A DNA stretch of 64,000 bases, taken from assembly GCA_963662945.1 (NCBI GenBank), contig OY759974.1:1632001-1696000 (forward strand), written 5' to 3'. This document shows, one piece after another, positions 51,404-60,956 of the stretch (positions are counted from its first letter, which is position 1; every line of letters begins with the position of its first letter). The notes under the pieces are model-generated. The model was not told the DNA's origin and did no database searches. It was given only the letters and a program-made list of their open reading frames with translations. The translations under genes and the position numbers were made by a program. The DNA is from Arcobacteraceae bacterium. Lineage in GTDB: Bacteria; Campylobacterota; Campylobacteria; Campylobacterales; Arcobacteraceae.

Positions 51404-52336
51404 TTAAGAAAAACTTCCTAAAGACATAAGTCTATCATATCTTTTTTGTTGTCTTTCCTCTTTTGAGAGTTTATTTAATTCTGCTACGCTATCAATAAAA
51501 TAATCACCAAGAACTTTTATAGCTTCTTCTTTATTTCTATGTGCACCAATTAATGGTTCATTGATAACATCATCAATTAAATCATATTTTTTTAAGTCTG
51601 TCGAAGTAATTTTAAGTGCTTTTGTAGCTGTTTCAACCATTGCTTGGTCTTTCCATAAAATACTTGCACAACCCTCTGGTGAAATAACAGAATAAACACT
51701 ATATCTCATCATAGCAAGTTTATCACCAATAGAGATTGCCAATGCACCACCACTTCCACCTTCACCTATAACTATTGATACAATAATCGTATCTAAGTCA
51801 CTTAGTTCAAATAAGTTTCTAGCAATCGCTTCACTTTGACTTCTTTCCTCAGCTCCAATTCCAGGATATGCACCCGGAGTGTCGACTAAAAATAAAATAG
51901 GTAATTGAAATTTTTCAGCTAGTTTTGCAGCTCTTAAGGCTTTTCTATACCCTTCAGGATTTGGCATACCAAAATTTCTTTTGATTTTATTTTTAACACC
52001 TCTTCCTTTTTGCTCACCTATAACTACACACTTAACATCACCTATATTTCCTAAAAAACAAACAATTGCTTGATCATCTGCCAAGTGTCTGTCTCCATGT
52101 ATCTCATAAGCATTTGTCATAAGACCTTTAATATAATCAAGTGCATAAGGTCTATCTGCATGTCGCGCAAGTTTTAGTTTTTGAAAGTCTGAAAGATTAG
52201 AATATGTTTTTTCAACTTCTTCTTGAAGTTTTTTTTCTAAAATTGATACTGCATATTCATCTGCTTTTGTTTTAGCAACAATAATATCATCTTCAATTTT
52301 TTTCAAACCCTCTTCGAAGTCTAAATAAGTAGCCAT
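51404..52336 (-). CDS. accA: Acetyl-CoA carboxylase carboxyltransferase alpha
   Basis: [38 protein letters not shown]. Confidence 0.98.
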   Translation of the reverse strand: MATYLDFEEGLKKIEDDIIVAKTKADEYAVSILEKKLQEEVEKTYSNLSDFQKLKLARHADRPYALDYIKGLMTNAYEIHGDRHLADDQAIVCFLGNIGDVKCVVIGEQKGRGVKNKIKRNFGMPNPEGYRKALRAAKLAEKFQLPILFLVDTPGAYPGIGAEERSQSEAIARNLFELSDLDTIIVSIVIGEGGSGGALAISIGDKLAMMRYSVYSVISPEGCASILWKDQAMVETATKALKITSTDLKKYDLIDDVINEPLIGAHRNKEEAIKVLGDYFIDSVAELNKLSKEERQQKRYDRLMSLGSFS

Positions 52337-52344
52337 TTAATTAC

Positions 52345-53598
52345 CTACTTTGTGTATTTTTTCATAATTACAACACCATTTGTTCCACCAAAACCAAAAG
52401 AGTTACTCATAACTACATTTAGTTCAGCTTTTCTTGCTACATTTGGAACATAATCTAAATCACAATTTTCATCAGCTTCTATTTGGTTGATTGTTGGAGG
52501 AATAATTCCATCTTCCATAGCTTTGATTGCTATAATTGCTTCTAATGCACCAGCAGCACCTAAACAGTGACCAATTTGTCCTTTTGTTGAAGTAATTGGA
52601 GGACAGTTTTCTTTTCCACCAAATAATTCTTTTAAAGCAGCTGTTTCATTTTTATCATTTACAGGTGTACTTGTTCCATGTGCATTTACATAGTCAACTT
52701 TTAATTCTCCACCATTATTTTTCTTTGCCATAGCATAAGCAGCTTTCATAGCTCTAAGTGGTCCATCCATAGTTGGAGTTGTGATATGGTTTGCATCACC
52801 ACTTTCTCCAAATCCTAAAACTTCAGCATAAATCTTAGCACCTCTAGCCTCTGCTGACTCTAGAGTTTCAAGTACTAGTGCACCAGCACCTTCGCCCATT
52901 ACAAATCCATCTCTATTTTTATCAAATGGTCTTGAAGCAGTTTTAGGGTCATCGTTTCTTGTACTTAGTGCTTTCATAGATGCAAATCCACCTACACCAG
53001 CACCACAAATAGCACTCTCTGCTCCAACTACTAACATTTTATCAGCACCACCAAGTGCAATTGTTTTATACGCATCAGAGATAGCATGAGTCCCAGCAGC
53101 ACAAGCTGTTACTGCTGAAATATTTGGACCTTTTAAATTATGTTGGATAGTAATAAAACCACCTAGCATATTTACTAATGCCGATGGGATAAAAAATGGA
53201 GAGATTTTTGAAGGACCTCTTGAATCACATATTACCGAATTTTTTTCAATATTTGTCAATCCCCCAATTCCAGAAGCAGCTACAATACCAAATCTTTCAG
53301 AAATATCATCACTTACTTTATTTTCTGTAACTATTCCAGCATCTTCCATAGCTTCTTGTGCAGCATGAATTCCAAGATGGATAAATCTATCTGCTTTTTT
53401 CGCTTCTTTTTTTCCCATTATAGCTGTTGGGTCAAAGTTTTTTACTTCTCCTGCAATTTGTGCAGTAAAGTTTTCTGGGTCAAATAATGTTATTCTATCA
53501 ATCCCAGTTTGTCCCTCTACGATTGCTTTAAAAGATTCATTAACATTATTTCCTAATGAATTAATCATTCCAATACCCGTTACTACAACTCTTTGCAT
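52345..53598 (-). CDS. fabF: Beta-ketoacyl-ACP synthase II
   Basis: TACAAG, NAHGTST, GHCLGAAG, NSFGFGG. Confidence 0.97.
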   Translation of the reverse strand: MQRVVVTGIGMINSLGNNVNESFKAIVEGQTGIDRITLFDPENFTAQIAGEVKNFDPTAIMGKKEAKKADRFIHLGIHAAQEAMEDAGIVTENKVSDDISERFGIVAASGIGGLTNIEKNSVICDSRGPSKISPFFIPSALVNMLGGFITIQHNLKGPNISAVTACAAGTHAISDAYKTIALGGADKMLVVGAESAICGAGVGGFASMKALSTRNDDPKTASRPFDKNRDGFVMGEGAGALVLETLESAEARGAKIYAEVLGFGESGDANHITTPTMDGPLRAMKAAYAMAKKNNGGELKVDYVNAHGTSTPVNDKNETAALKELFGGKENCPPITSTKGQIGHCLGAAGALEAIIAIKAMEDGIIPPTINQIEADENCDLDYVPNVARKAELNVVMSNSFGFGGTNGVVIMKKYTK

Positions 53599-53687
53599 AT
53601 TTATATCTCCATACTATATTTTATTTATATTTATAAACTAAAAAAAACTTATTTTTTAAGATAAAACTTTATTTAATCTATAAAAAG

Positions 53688-53716
53688 ACCTTAGGTAAAT
53701 AAAAGGTACCTAAGGT
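53688..53716 (-). terminator. Hairpin downstream of acpP
   Basis: accttaggta...tacctaaggt, a 10-bp stem followed by CTTTTT on the minus strand. Confidence 0.6.
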
Positions 53717-53729
53717 GAAAAGAAAAGAC

Positions 53730-53954
53730 CTACTTGTGGTCTTCTATATATTTGATTGCGTCTGCAACTGTTAATATTTTCTCTGCATCTTCATCTGGAA
53801 TCTCAATGTCAAATTCCTCTTCTAAAGCCATTACTAACTCAACTACATCTAGTGAATCTGCACCTAAATCTTCAATAAATCTTGAATCTTCTTTAACTTC
53901 ATCTGCATTACAATCTAGTTGTTCAACAACAACTTCTTTTACTTTTTCTAACAT
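53730..53954 (-). CDS. acpP: Acyl carrier protein
   Basis: [20 protein letters not shown]. Confidence 0.98.
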   Translation of the reverse strand: MLEKVKEVVVEQLDCNADEVKEDSRFIEDLGADSLDVVELVMALEEEFDIEIPDEDAEKILTVADAIKYIEDHK

Positions 53955-54034
53955 TAAATTTCCTTTTTGAATTAATTTTCGTCATTATTGTAACATATTT
54001 TATTTGAAAAATTTCTTTTTCCTATAAAATGCGG

Positions 54035-54778
54035 TTACACATATAACCCACCGTTTACTTTTAGTATCTCACCTGTAATATAACTTGAATGATCACTTAG
54101 TAAAAATGCAACTGCATCTGCAACTTCTTTCGCTTCACCAAATCTTCCTAATGGAATATTCTTTTCATAATTTTCTTTAACTTCAGGTTTAAGTTCATCT
54201 GTCATATCTGTTCTAATAAATCCAGGAGTTACAACGTTAAATCTAATTGCACGAGCACTACCTTCTTTTGCAAAAGCTTTCGTCATAGTATTTACACCAC
54301 CTTTAGATGCAGAATAATTTGTTTGTCCAGGATTACCCATTTCTCCAACAATTGAAGAGATGTTTACAACAGCACCAAATTTTTTCTTTGACATTATTTT
54401 GAGGGCATCTCTACATCCAATAAATGTAGATTTTAAGTTTGCATTGATTACATCATCAAAGTCTTCTACACTCATTCTAATAGCTAGTTTATCTTTAGTA
54501 ATTCCAGCATTATTTACAAGATAAGATAATGCACCATCAGCTTCTACTATAGTTTTAATCATATCAGCCCAGTCAGCTTCAACTGAAACATCACCTTTAA
54601 TAACAGCAGCAGTACCACCATTAGATTCAATAGCTTCTTTTACAGCATCAGCAAGTTCAGGTTTACTTCTGTAGTTAATCCATACTTTTAAACCATAAGA
54701 TGCTAATTCTTTTGCAACTTCAGCTCCAATACCTTTACTCGCACCTGTTACTAATACATTTGTCCCGCTAAATTTCAT
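54035..54778 (-). CDS. fabG: 3-oxoacyl-ACP reductase
   Basis: TGASKGIG, NNAGIT, YSASK; lies next to acpP. Confidence 0.96.
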   Translation of the reverse strand: MKFSGTNVLVTGASKGIGAEVAKELASYGLKVWINYRSKPELADAVKEAIESNGGTAAVIKGDVSVEADWADMIKTIVEADGALSYLVNNAGITKDKLAIRMSVEDFDDVINANLKSTFIGCRDALKIMSKKKFGAVVNISSIVGEMGNPGQTNYSASKGGVNTMTKAFAKEGSARAIRFNVVTPGFIRTDMTDELKPEVKENYEKNIPLGRFGEAKEVADAVAFLLSDHSSYITGEILKVNGGLYV

Positions 54779-54850
54779 ATACTGTTTCCTTCTTTTTAGA
54801 TTATATTGCGTATTTTATCTAGTTTTTAATAAATAGTAAGAAATTGCTTT

Positions 54851-55654
54851 CTATTCTGCTTTTCTTATTCTCAAAAAACTAGCAAATTTAGGTTTACCAT
54901 TTTTTGTAAAACCATAATATTTAAAAGTAATTGTATCTCCAATTGCTGGTGGATTTATTCTTTGATTATTACTCAATCCACCACCTAAATTAAAGTTTAT
55001 ATTGTTATCTAGTTTAACTTGTAAACTTTTTATTATATGTGTGCCATTTTTATAGTTATATCCTATAACAATTCCTTCCATATCTTGAAATTTTTTTACT
55101 TTGAGAATATAAGGACTTCTTCCTGTATGATAAGGTTGATTAGGATCTTTGATAATAACTCCTTCCCCTTTTAAAGTAATAACTTTATCAAGGTATTCTT
55201 GAAGATGTTGTTCATCTTTACAGAGATATTGAGGAATGATTTTTACATATTTGTTTGGATGTTGTGTAAACCATTGTTTGGCTTTTTCTAATCTTTGAAG
55301 AAAAGTACCACGTGTATTTGGAACTTCAAAAATATTAAAAGTAATTTTTTGCCAGTCTTTTGTTGGAGTATTGTCTAAAACTGTAGTTTGAATAAATTCA
55401 AAATCATTGTGTTTACTCCATAATTCTCCATCTAAAGCAAAGGGTGGAAAATTTTTAAGAAATTCTTTTGGAGCGTTGATTGTATTGCCATTTTTTGTAG
55501 AGAGTTTTTTTCCATCCCAATATCCTCTGATGCCATCAAGTTTTTCACTCATAATCCAATCAGAGATATTTTGTTCTTTATATATTTTTGGTTTTTGTAC
55601 CTCAAATGAGTATACAAAACCAAAAAATAGAATAAGGATTAGAAAATATTTCAA
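54851..55654 (-). CDS. Minimal ATP-dependent DNA ligase with a signal peptide (LigE-like)
   Basis: SEKLDGIRG (KxDG), LDGELW, GEGVI, LKVK, P.FASFLR; hydrophobic N-terminus. Confidence 0.9.
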   Translation of the reverse strand: MKYFLILILFFGFVYSFEVQKPKIYKEQNISDWIMSEKLDGIRGYWDGKKLSTKNGNTINAPKEFLKNFPPFALDGELWSKHNDFEFIQTTVLDNTPTKDWQKITFNIFEVPNTRGTFLQRLEKAKQWFTQHPNKYVKIIPQYLCKDEQHLQEYLDKVITLKGEGVIIKDPNQPYHTGRSPYILKVKKFQDMEGIVIGYNYKNGTHIIKSLQVKLDNNINFNLGGGLSNNQRINPPAIGDTITFKYYGFTKNGKPKFASFLRIRKAE

Positions 55655-55660
55655 AAAATT

Positions 55661-56533
55661 TTAGTCTAAATATCTTTGGGTTAGCCCTGAATAATTTTCA
55701 ATTCTTCTATCGCGTAAAAAAGGCCACCATCTTCGTACATTTTCACTTCTTTTTAAATCAACATCACAATAGAGTATCTCTTCATTTTGATGATTCGCAT
55801 GTGCTAAATATTCTCCCTGAGGTCCAAAAACAAATGAATTTCCCCAAAACTTTGTTCCTTCTAATACTCTAGAATCATCAATTTCAAATCCAACACGGTT
55901 TACTGTAGCAACTGGTATTCCATTTGCTACACTATGACCTCTTTGTATTGCTATCCAAGCATCAAGTTGTCTTTGTTTTTCCTCTTCTTCATCTGCTTCA
56001 AACCAACCTATTGCAGTTGGATAGATAAGCATTTCGGCCCCTTTTAATGCCATGAGTCGTGCAGCTTCAGGATACCATTGATCCCAACATACAAGAACAC
56101 CAAGTTTCCCTACACTTGTTTGGATAGGTTCAAATCCTAAATCTCCAGGGGTAAAATAAAATTTTTCATAAAAACCAGGATCATCTGGTATATGCATCTT
56201 TCTGTATTTACCTGCAATTGAGCCATCTTTTTCAAAGACAACGGCAGTATTGTGATATAATCCTGCTGCTCTTTTTTCAAAAAGTGATGTTACTAAAACA
56301 ATAGTATTCTTTTTTGCAATTTGACTCCAAAATTGAATATCTTCTTCCCAAGAATTTGCTAAATCAAACACATTTACATTTTCATTTTGACAAAAATAGT
56401 GAGTTTGGTGTAATTCTTGTAAAATAACAAGTTGACTACCATTTTTACTAGCTTCTTCTATTTTTGAAACGGTAACTTTGATTGTTTCCTCTTTTGTTCC
56501 ATAATATTTTTGTTGAATTAGTGCTATTTTCAT
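55661..56533 (-). CDS. aguB: N-carbamoylputrescine amidase (carbon-nitrogen hydrolase)
   Basis: LQEL, YRKMHIPDDPGFYEKFYF, VCWDQWYPEAAR; follows aguA. Confidence 0.9.
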   Translation of the reverse strand: MKIALIQQKYYGTKEETIKVTVSKIEEASKNGSQLVILQELHQTHYFCQNENVNVFDLANSWEEDIQFWSQIAKKNTIVLVTSLFEKRAAGLYHNTAVVFEKDGSIAGKYRKMHIPDDPGFYEKFYFTPGDLGFEPIQTSVGKLGVLVCWDQWYPEAARLMALKGAEMLIYPTAIGWFEADEEEEKQRQLDAWIAIQRGHSVANGIPVATVNRVGFEIDDSRVLEGTKFWGNSFVFGPQGEYLAHANHQNEEILYCDVDLKRSENVRRWWPFLRDRRIENYSGLTQRYLD

Positions 56534-56534
56534 A

Positions 56535-57539
56535 TTATTTATCCTTTAATTTAGGGTATTGCATCGTAACACAATGTAAACTACCATGTTGTCGTATAAG
56601 TGTACTACAATCAATACCTATAATATCTCTTTTTGGGAATGATTTTTTAAATATTTTTAGAGCTTCATCGTCATTTTTGTCATTATAAGTTGGTACTAAA
56701 ACTGCACCATTTATAATAAGAAAGTTAGCATAAGTTGCAGGAAGTCTATCCTCTTCATCATATTTTGCTTCTATCCAAGGAAGAGGGATAAGTTTAAAGG
56801 GTTTTCCATTTAATTGTCTAAAACCTTTTAACTCCGCTTCCATTTTTTTCAAATCTTCATAATGACTATCTTGTGTATCATCACAAGTTTGATACATAAT
56901 AGTATCATTTGAGATAAATCTAGCTAGAGTGTCGATATGGCTATCTGTATCATCACCTTCTAAAGCACCACTATTAAGCCATAAAACTTTTTTTGCTCCA
57001 AGATATTGTATAAGTTTTTTTTCTATTTGTTTTTGAGTGAGTTTTGGATTTCTATTTTCTTCTAATAAACAAGCAGATGTAGTCATAATAATATCTTCAC
57101 CATTGCTTTCAATAGCACCACCCTCTAGCACAAATGGGATAGTTTTATGAGAGTATCCTTTAAATATACCTTTAAGTTTGAGTTTTCTTGTGATTTGATT
57201 ATCTTTATCTGATTCAAATTTCTTTCCCCAAGCGTTGAAGGTAAAATCTTCGATTATCAGTTCCCCATCCTGTTCAATTGTTATTCCACCAAAATCTCTT
57301 GACCAAGTATCATTGCTGTCTAAAGTTATAAAAGTTAAATTCTTTTTTTTAGGAAATCTTTTTTTTATCTCTTCTAAATTTTTTGATACTATAAGTACTT
57401 TTTGGTATTTATGTATAGCATTGGCAATATTTACAAAAGTATCTATTGCATCATCAAGATATTCACACCAATCTGTATTTTCATGAGGAAATACGAGTTG
57501 TACAAACTCTTGTTCTTCCCATTCTGCTGGTAATCTCAT
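56535..57539 (-). CDS. aguA: Agmatine deiminase
   Basis: MRLPAEWE, DTWSRDFG, EGGAIE, DDTDSHID, YANF, GSLHCVT. Confidence 0.92.
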   Translation of the reverse strand: MRLPAEWEEQEFVQLVFPHENTDWCEYLDDAIDTFVNIANAIHKYQKVLIVSKNLEEIKKRFPKKKNLTFITLDSNDTWSRDFGGITIEQDGELIIEDFTFNAWGKKFESDKDNQITRKLKLKGIFKGYSHKTIPFVLEGGAIESNGEDIIMTTSACLLEENRNPKLTQKQIEKKLIQYLGAKKVLWLNSGALEGDDTDSHIDTLARFISNDTIMYQTCDDTQDSHYEDLKKMEAELKGFRQLNGKPFKLIPLPWIEAKYDEEDRLPATYANFLIINGAVLVPTYNDKNDDEALKIFKKSFPKRDIIGIDCSTLIRQHGSLHCVTMQYPKLKDK

Positions 57540-57540
57540 A

Positions 57541-58095
57541 TTAGTGCTCTCCACGTAAAAAATTTTTTGCTTCTTTTTCATTATTTTTCAAAGTTGTAAA
57601 TCCTGTTCCAAATCCAACCTCTTTTTCACCATTTTTCATTTTTGTTTTTTCCATTACTTTTTCTAATCTCTCTTTTCTTTGTGCATTTCTGATTTGAATC
57701 TCAGCTTGAGTAAATTTTCTCTCTTTTGCTGGGACTGCTTTTTGAATAGCATCCAGACTATTAAGATTGGACAATATTGAAAAAAGTTCATAAGGATTTC
57801 TCACTTTAAAAATATAGGTATCATTTTTAAGTTTATCATAGAAGTCTATCTCAAAATCTTTTTCCAATGATATAATAGCCCCAATAGTATTGAATTTTAC
57901 TTCTATTTTATCAGAGATAGCGTAAATACTACCATTTTTTGAAGTATAATAATTCTCATCACTTTTTGCTTTGTAGATGTTATCCCTATCAAAATATTTT
58001 TCATAACAAATTATTTCATTGGAGCTTTTATCTTTAAAACAATAATTAGCATATAAAGATGAAAAACCAAATAATATAATAAAAAATATTTTCAT
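57541..58095 (-). CDS. Exported hypothetical protein
   Basis: Signal peptide MKIFFIILFGFSSLYA; tightly coupled in the operon. Confidence 0.7.
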   Translation of the reverse strand: MKIFFIILFGFSSLYANYCFKDKSSNEIICYEKYFDRDNIYKAKSDENYYTSKNGSIYAISDKIEVKFNTIGAIISLEKDFEIDFYDKLKNDTYIFKVRNPYELFSILSNLNSLDAIQKAVPAKERKFTQAEIQIRNAQRKERLEKVMEKTKMKNGEKEVGFGTGFTTLKNNEKEAKNFLRGEH

Positions 58096-58098
58096 ATT

Positions 58099-58692
58099 TT
58101 ATCCTTGATTATCTTGTAATAAATTGTCAAGTATTTTGCATTTATAACAGTTATGACATCTTTTTTTCTTAATTGGATTGGTACAAGAGAATACAGAATT
58201 TAGAGGAATATCAAAATTGTTTTTTAAAATAGTTTGTTTATTCATTCCATAAAAAGGTGTTTCTATTGTAAATTTTGTTCTTAATCCTTGAGATATAAGT
58301 TTTGCACAACCCTGAATATATTCTAAACTTGTATCCGGATACTTGTCATTTCCTTGTAGTCCTATTGCAATTTTACAAACATTTATATTAAAAAAATGTA
58401 TTGCAGTAAAAGTGAATAAAGATAAGTTTCTCAAAGGTATAATATTTTGTTCGACATTTGTTACTTTTCCTAATTGAGAAACATGCAGTATTTTGGAATA
58501 GTCTAAAGTTTTTAATTTGAGTTTATAAAATTTTGCAATTTTTTTAGCATACAATAGTTCAGTTTCTTCCCATATATAGCCAAATTTAATATATATAAGA
58601 TGTATTGTGAAGTTTTGCTTTTTGTAGTGATTTATTAAAGAAGTACTTTCTAATCCACCACTAAATAATACTCCTATTTTACTTTGGTCCAC
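58099..58692 (-). CDS. Second, divergent QueC-family (PP-loop, Zn) protein
   Basis: SGGLES, IPLRN, YPD, SC...CHNCYKC; 197 aa. Confidence 0.85.
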   Translation of the reverse strand: MDQSKIGVLFSGGLESTSLINHYKKQNFTIHLIYIKFGYIWEETELLYAKKIAKFYKLKLKTLDYSKILHVSQLGKVTNVEQNIIPLRNLSLFTFTAIHFFNINVCKIAIGLQGNDKYPDTSLEYIQGCAKLISQGLRTKFTIETPFYGMNKQTILKNNFDIPLNSVFSCTNPIKKKRCHNCYKCKILDNLLQDNQG

Positions 58693-59492
58693 TGTAATAA
58701 TTCCATTGAAGATGTAAGCCCAACTGTTACTATATGAGCAATTTTTCGTGATATCTGTTCTTGATCTATATTATTAAATAAAAATTCTTCATTTGTAAGA
58801 TATTTTATATCAAACCACCAATAACCATCTCTTAAAGATAACCTATCACCTTCGCTATTTTCACTACCTGATAGATTTAGCGTATTTTCAAATTTATTAT
58901 TTACTTCTTCTTTTGTTGTTTGTAACAGTTTATGGTCAATTGCAATTGCAGTTGCAATAAAAGAACCGGAATGCCAAATACTAAAAAGTATTTTTTCATT
59001 TTGATTTATTGTATATGTAATGTATAAACTATCTACACCATCTACTATAAATGTATTCAGATTATCAATATTTATTTTATGGGTTTTATTATTTTTTTTG
59101 AACTCTTTAGTATATTGAGTGAGCTCCTGTATCTCTTTTGTATAGAGTTTATCAGGAAAGTTATATCTATACTCAAATACTAACTTTACTCTTTCAATTG
59201 TTTTATTATAAAACTTTTCTCTAAGTTTTTTTATAGTTGTATCAGAATCCCCTTTTAAGATGAAAAAAATAGCAAAAATAATTATAGATATAATCAAAGA
59301 TTCCCATAAAAAACTTAAGATTGAAACATAATTAGCTTCAAGAGTAGATAGGTTTGAAAGGAAATAGAGTTCTTTATGAACTACTATTAATAAAATTGCA
59401 GATAATGCAAAAATAATATATATAACGAAAATCCAAGAAAGCTTCCAAGCTCTTTTAGATAAAGCTTGCAATAACTCTGAAGTAAATTCCAT
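58674..59492 (-). CDS. Hypothetical protein with two N-terminal TM helices and a ~190-aa soluble domain
   Basis: Hydrophobic segments at about aa 19-38 and 56-79; overlaps the QueC-like start by 19 bp. Confidence 0.75.
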   Translation of the reverse strand: MEFTSELLQALSKRAWKLSWIFVIYIIFALSAILLIVVHKELYFLSNLSTLEANYVSILSFLWESLIISIIIFAIFFILKGDSDTTIKKLREKFYNKTIERVKLVFEYRYNFPDKLYTKEIQELTQYTKEFKKNNKTHKINIDNLNTFIVDGVDSLYITYTINQNEKILFSIWHSGSFIATAIAIDHKLLQTTKEEVNNKFENTLNLSGSENSEGDRLSLRDGYWWFDIKYLTNEEFLFNNIDQEQISRKIAHIVTVGLTSSMELLQWTKVK

Positions 59493-59494
59493 AA

Positions 59495-60046
59495 TTAGAT
59501 ATTCTTATATGTGAGTCGTTTTACTCTTATAGCTACTAGATAGAATATAGGTGTATCTAATAGTGCTAAAGTAAGCTTTATTAAATAATCTCCAATAATT
59601 AATTTTACAATTACATCAAATGGAAGTATAAAACTAAACGCAATCATGAAAAATAAAACTGTATCAAAAAATGATGAAAACATTGTGCTTGCATTATTTC
59701 GTAGCCACCATAGATTTGTAAATTTTTCTTTCAAAAAATGAAATACTTTTACATCAAGTTGTTGTATTACGTAAAATGTAAAAATAGAGGCGAATGCAAT
59801 TCTCCAATCGGCTATTAGTATAGTTGGTATAACAGCTAATATAATACCAATTTTTACTACTTTTAAAACATCTTGTTTTTCATATTTTTCACTTAAAATA
59901 TCTGTTAATAAAAAAGTGAAAGGAAATAATAATGCACCATAAGTTAACCAATCGTTGATTGGAAATTGTACTGTATAATTTGCAATAACTATAAGTAAAG
60001 CAAAAATAATAGCTGAGGTATATTGTGTTTTTTTAGTCATTTGCAT
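59495..60046 (-). CDS. Queuosine precursor transporter (VUT/YhhQ family)
   Basis: FPFTFLLTDILSE, RIAFAS, QQLDV..F, WWLRNNAST, DT.LF, LDTP. Confidence 0.88.
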   Translation of the reverse strand: MQMTKKTQYTSAIIFALLIVIANYTVQFPINDWLTYGALLFPFTFLLTDILSEKYEKQDVLKVVKIGIILAVIPTILIADWRIAFASIFTFYVIQQLDVKVFHFLKEKFTNLWWLRNNASTMFSSFFDTVLFFMIAFSFILPFDVIVKLIIGDYLIKLTLALLDTPIFYLVAIRVKRLTYKNI

Positions 60047-60157
60047 AAATTACCTTATGTTTGTATTTAAATCACATTTTATCCAATTTATAATTAAAAA
60101 ATAACACTAGTGTATTATACTAATGAGCAATAAAATATAAATTTATAAAATTTCAAA

Positions 60158-60475
60158 ATGAAACAGACAATAGAAGAATTTAAACGATTAGTAGAACAAC
60201 AAAAATTTTATGAAGCTCATGAGATACTTGAAGAGGTTTGGTTTCCTATTAGGAAAACAAAAAATGATTGTGCATTGGTGTTAAAAGGTTTTATAAATGG
60301 AGCTGTTTCTCTAGAGCTAAATAAAAGAACAAAAACAGAACAAAGTAAAAATGTTTATCAAACATATAGAAAATATACCGATAATCATAGAATAGAAACT
60401 ACTAAGAATAAAAAAAATTTTTTACAGCTGAAAAAATTTATGGATAGAAAGTTTAAAGAGAACTTTATAAACTAG
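60158..60475 (+). CDS. DUF309 family protein
   Basis: FYEAHEILEEVW; LKG.I..AV. Confidence 0.8.
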   Translation: MKQTIEEFKRLVEQQKFYEAHEILEEVWFPIRKTKNDCALVLKGFINGAVSLELNKRTKTEQSKNVYQTYRKYTDNHRIETTKNKKNFLQLKKFMDRKFKENFIN

Positions 60476-60956
60476 CCCAAATCATTCTTAAATATAGCCC
60501 AATTGTGGAAGTATAACCAACTTCACTAAAAAGAAGATTTCTATTTTTATCATATATAAAAGTTGTAGGATATGCAGAGATATTATATTTTGAAGCATAG
60601 TGTTTGCCAAAATCATCTATCACTTTAAAAGAAAGATTATGTTCTTGTAGATAGGATTGAATTTCATCTTGAGTTCCAGAATCTACAGCTATAGTTATTA
60701 CTTCAAATTTTTTTGATAGAGTTTCTATATTTGAAGCTTCAATTTTACATATGGGACACCAAGTAGCCCAAAAGTGTATTAAGATAGGTTTATTCGCTGG
60801 AATATTATAGGTTTTACGGTCTAATAAAGTGATATTTTGGAATTCCAATTTATCTTTATTAAGACTAGTAGATTTATAATAGCTTATAATATTTGCTAAA
60901 ATTGTTATGGTAATTATAAATGTAATTATTTCTTTTAGATATTTTTTTAATTTCAA
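60465..60956 (-). CDS. TlpA-like redoxin
   Basis: HFWATWCPIC, YPTTF; N-terminal TM. Confidence 0.88.
   Translation of the reverse strand: MKLKKYLKEIITFIITITILANIISYYKSTSLNKDKLEFQNITLLDRKTYNIPANKPILIHFWATWCPICKIEASNIETLSKKFEVITIAVDSGTQDEIQSYLQEHNLSFKVIDDFGKHYASKYNISAYPTTFIYDKNRNLLFSEVGYTSTIGLYLRMIWASL

Noticed and set aside
60047-60157. preQ1 riboswitch upstream of the YhhQ-like transporter
   Set aside because: I could not find the preQ1-I stem, loop and A-rich tail pattern on the minus strand; an Infernal/Rfam scan would settle it
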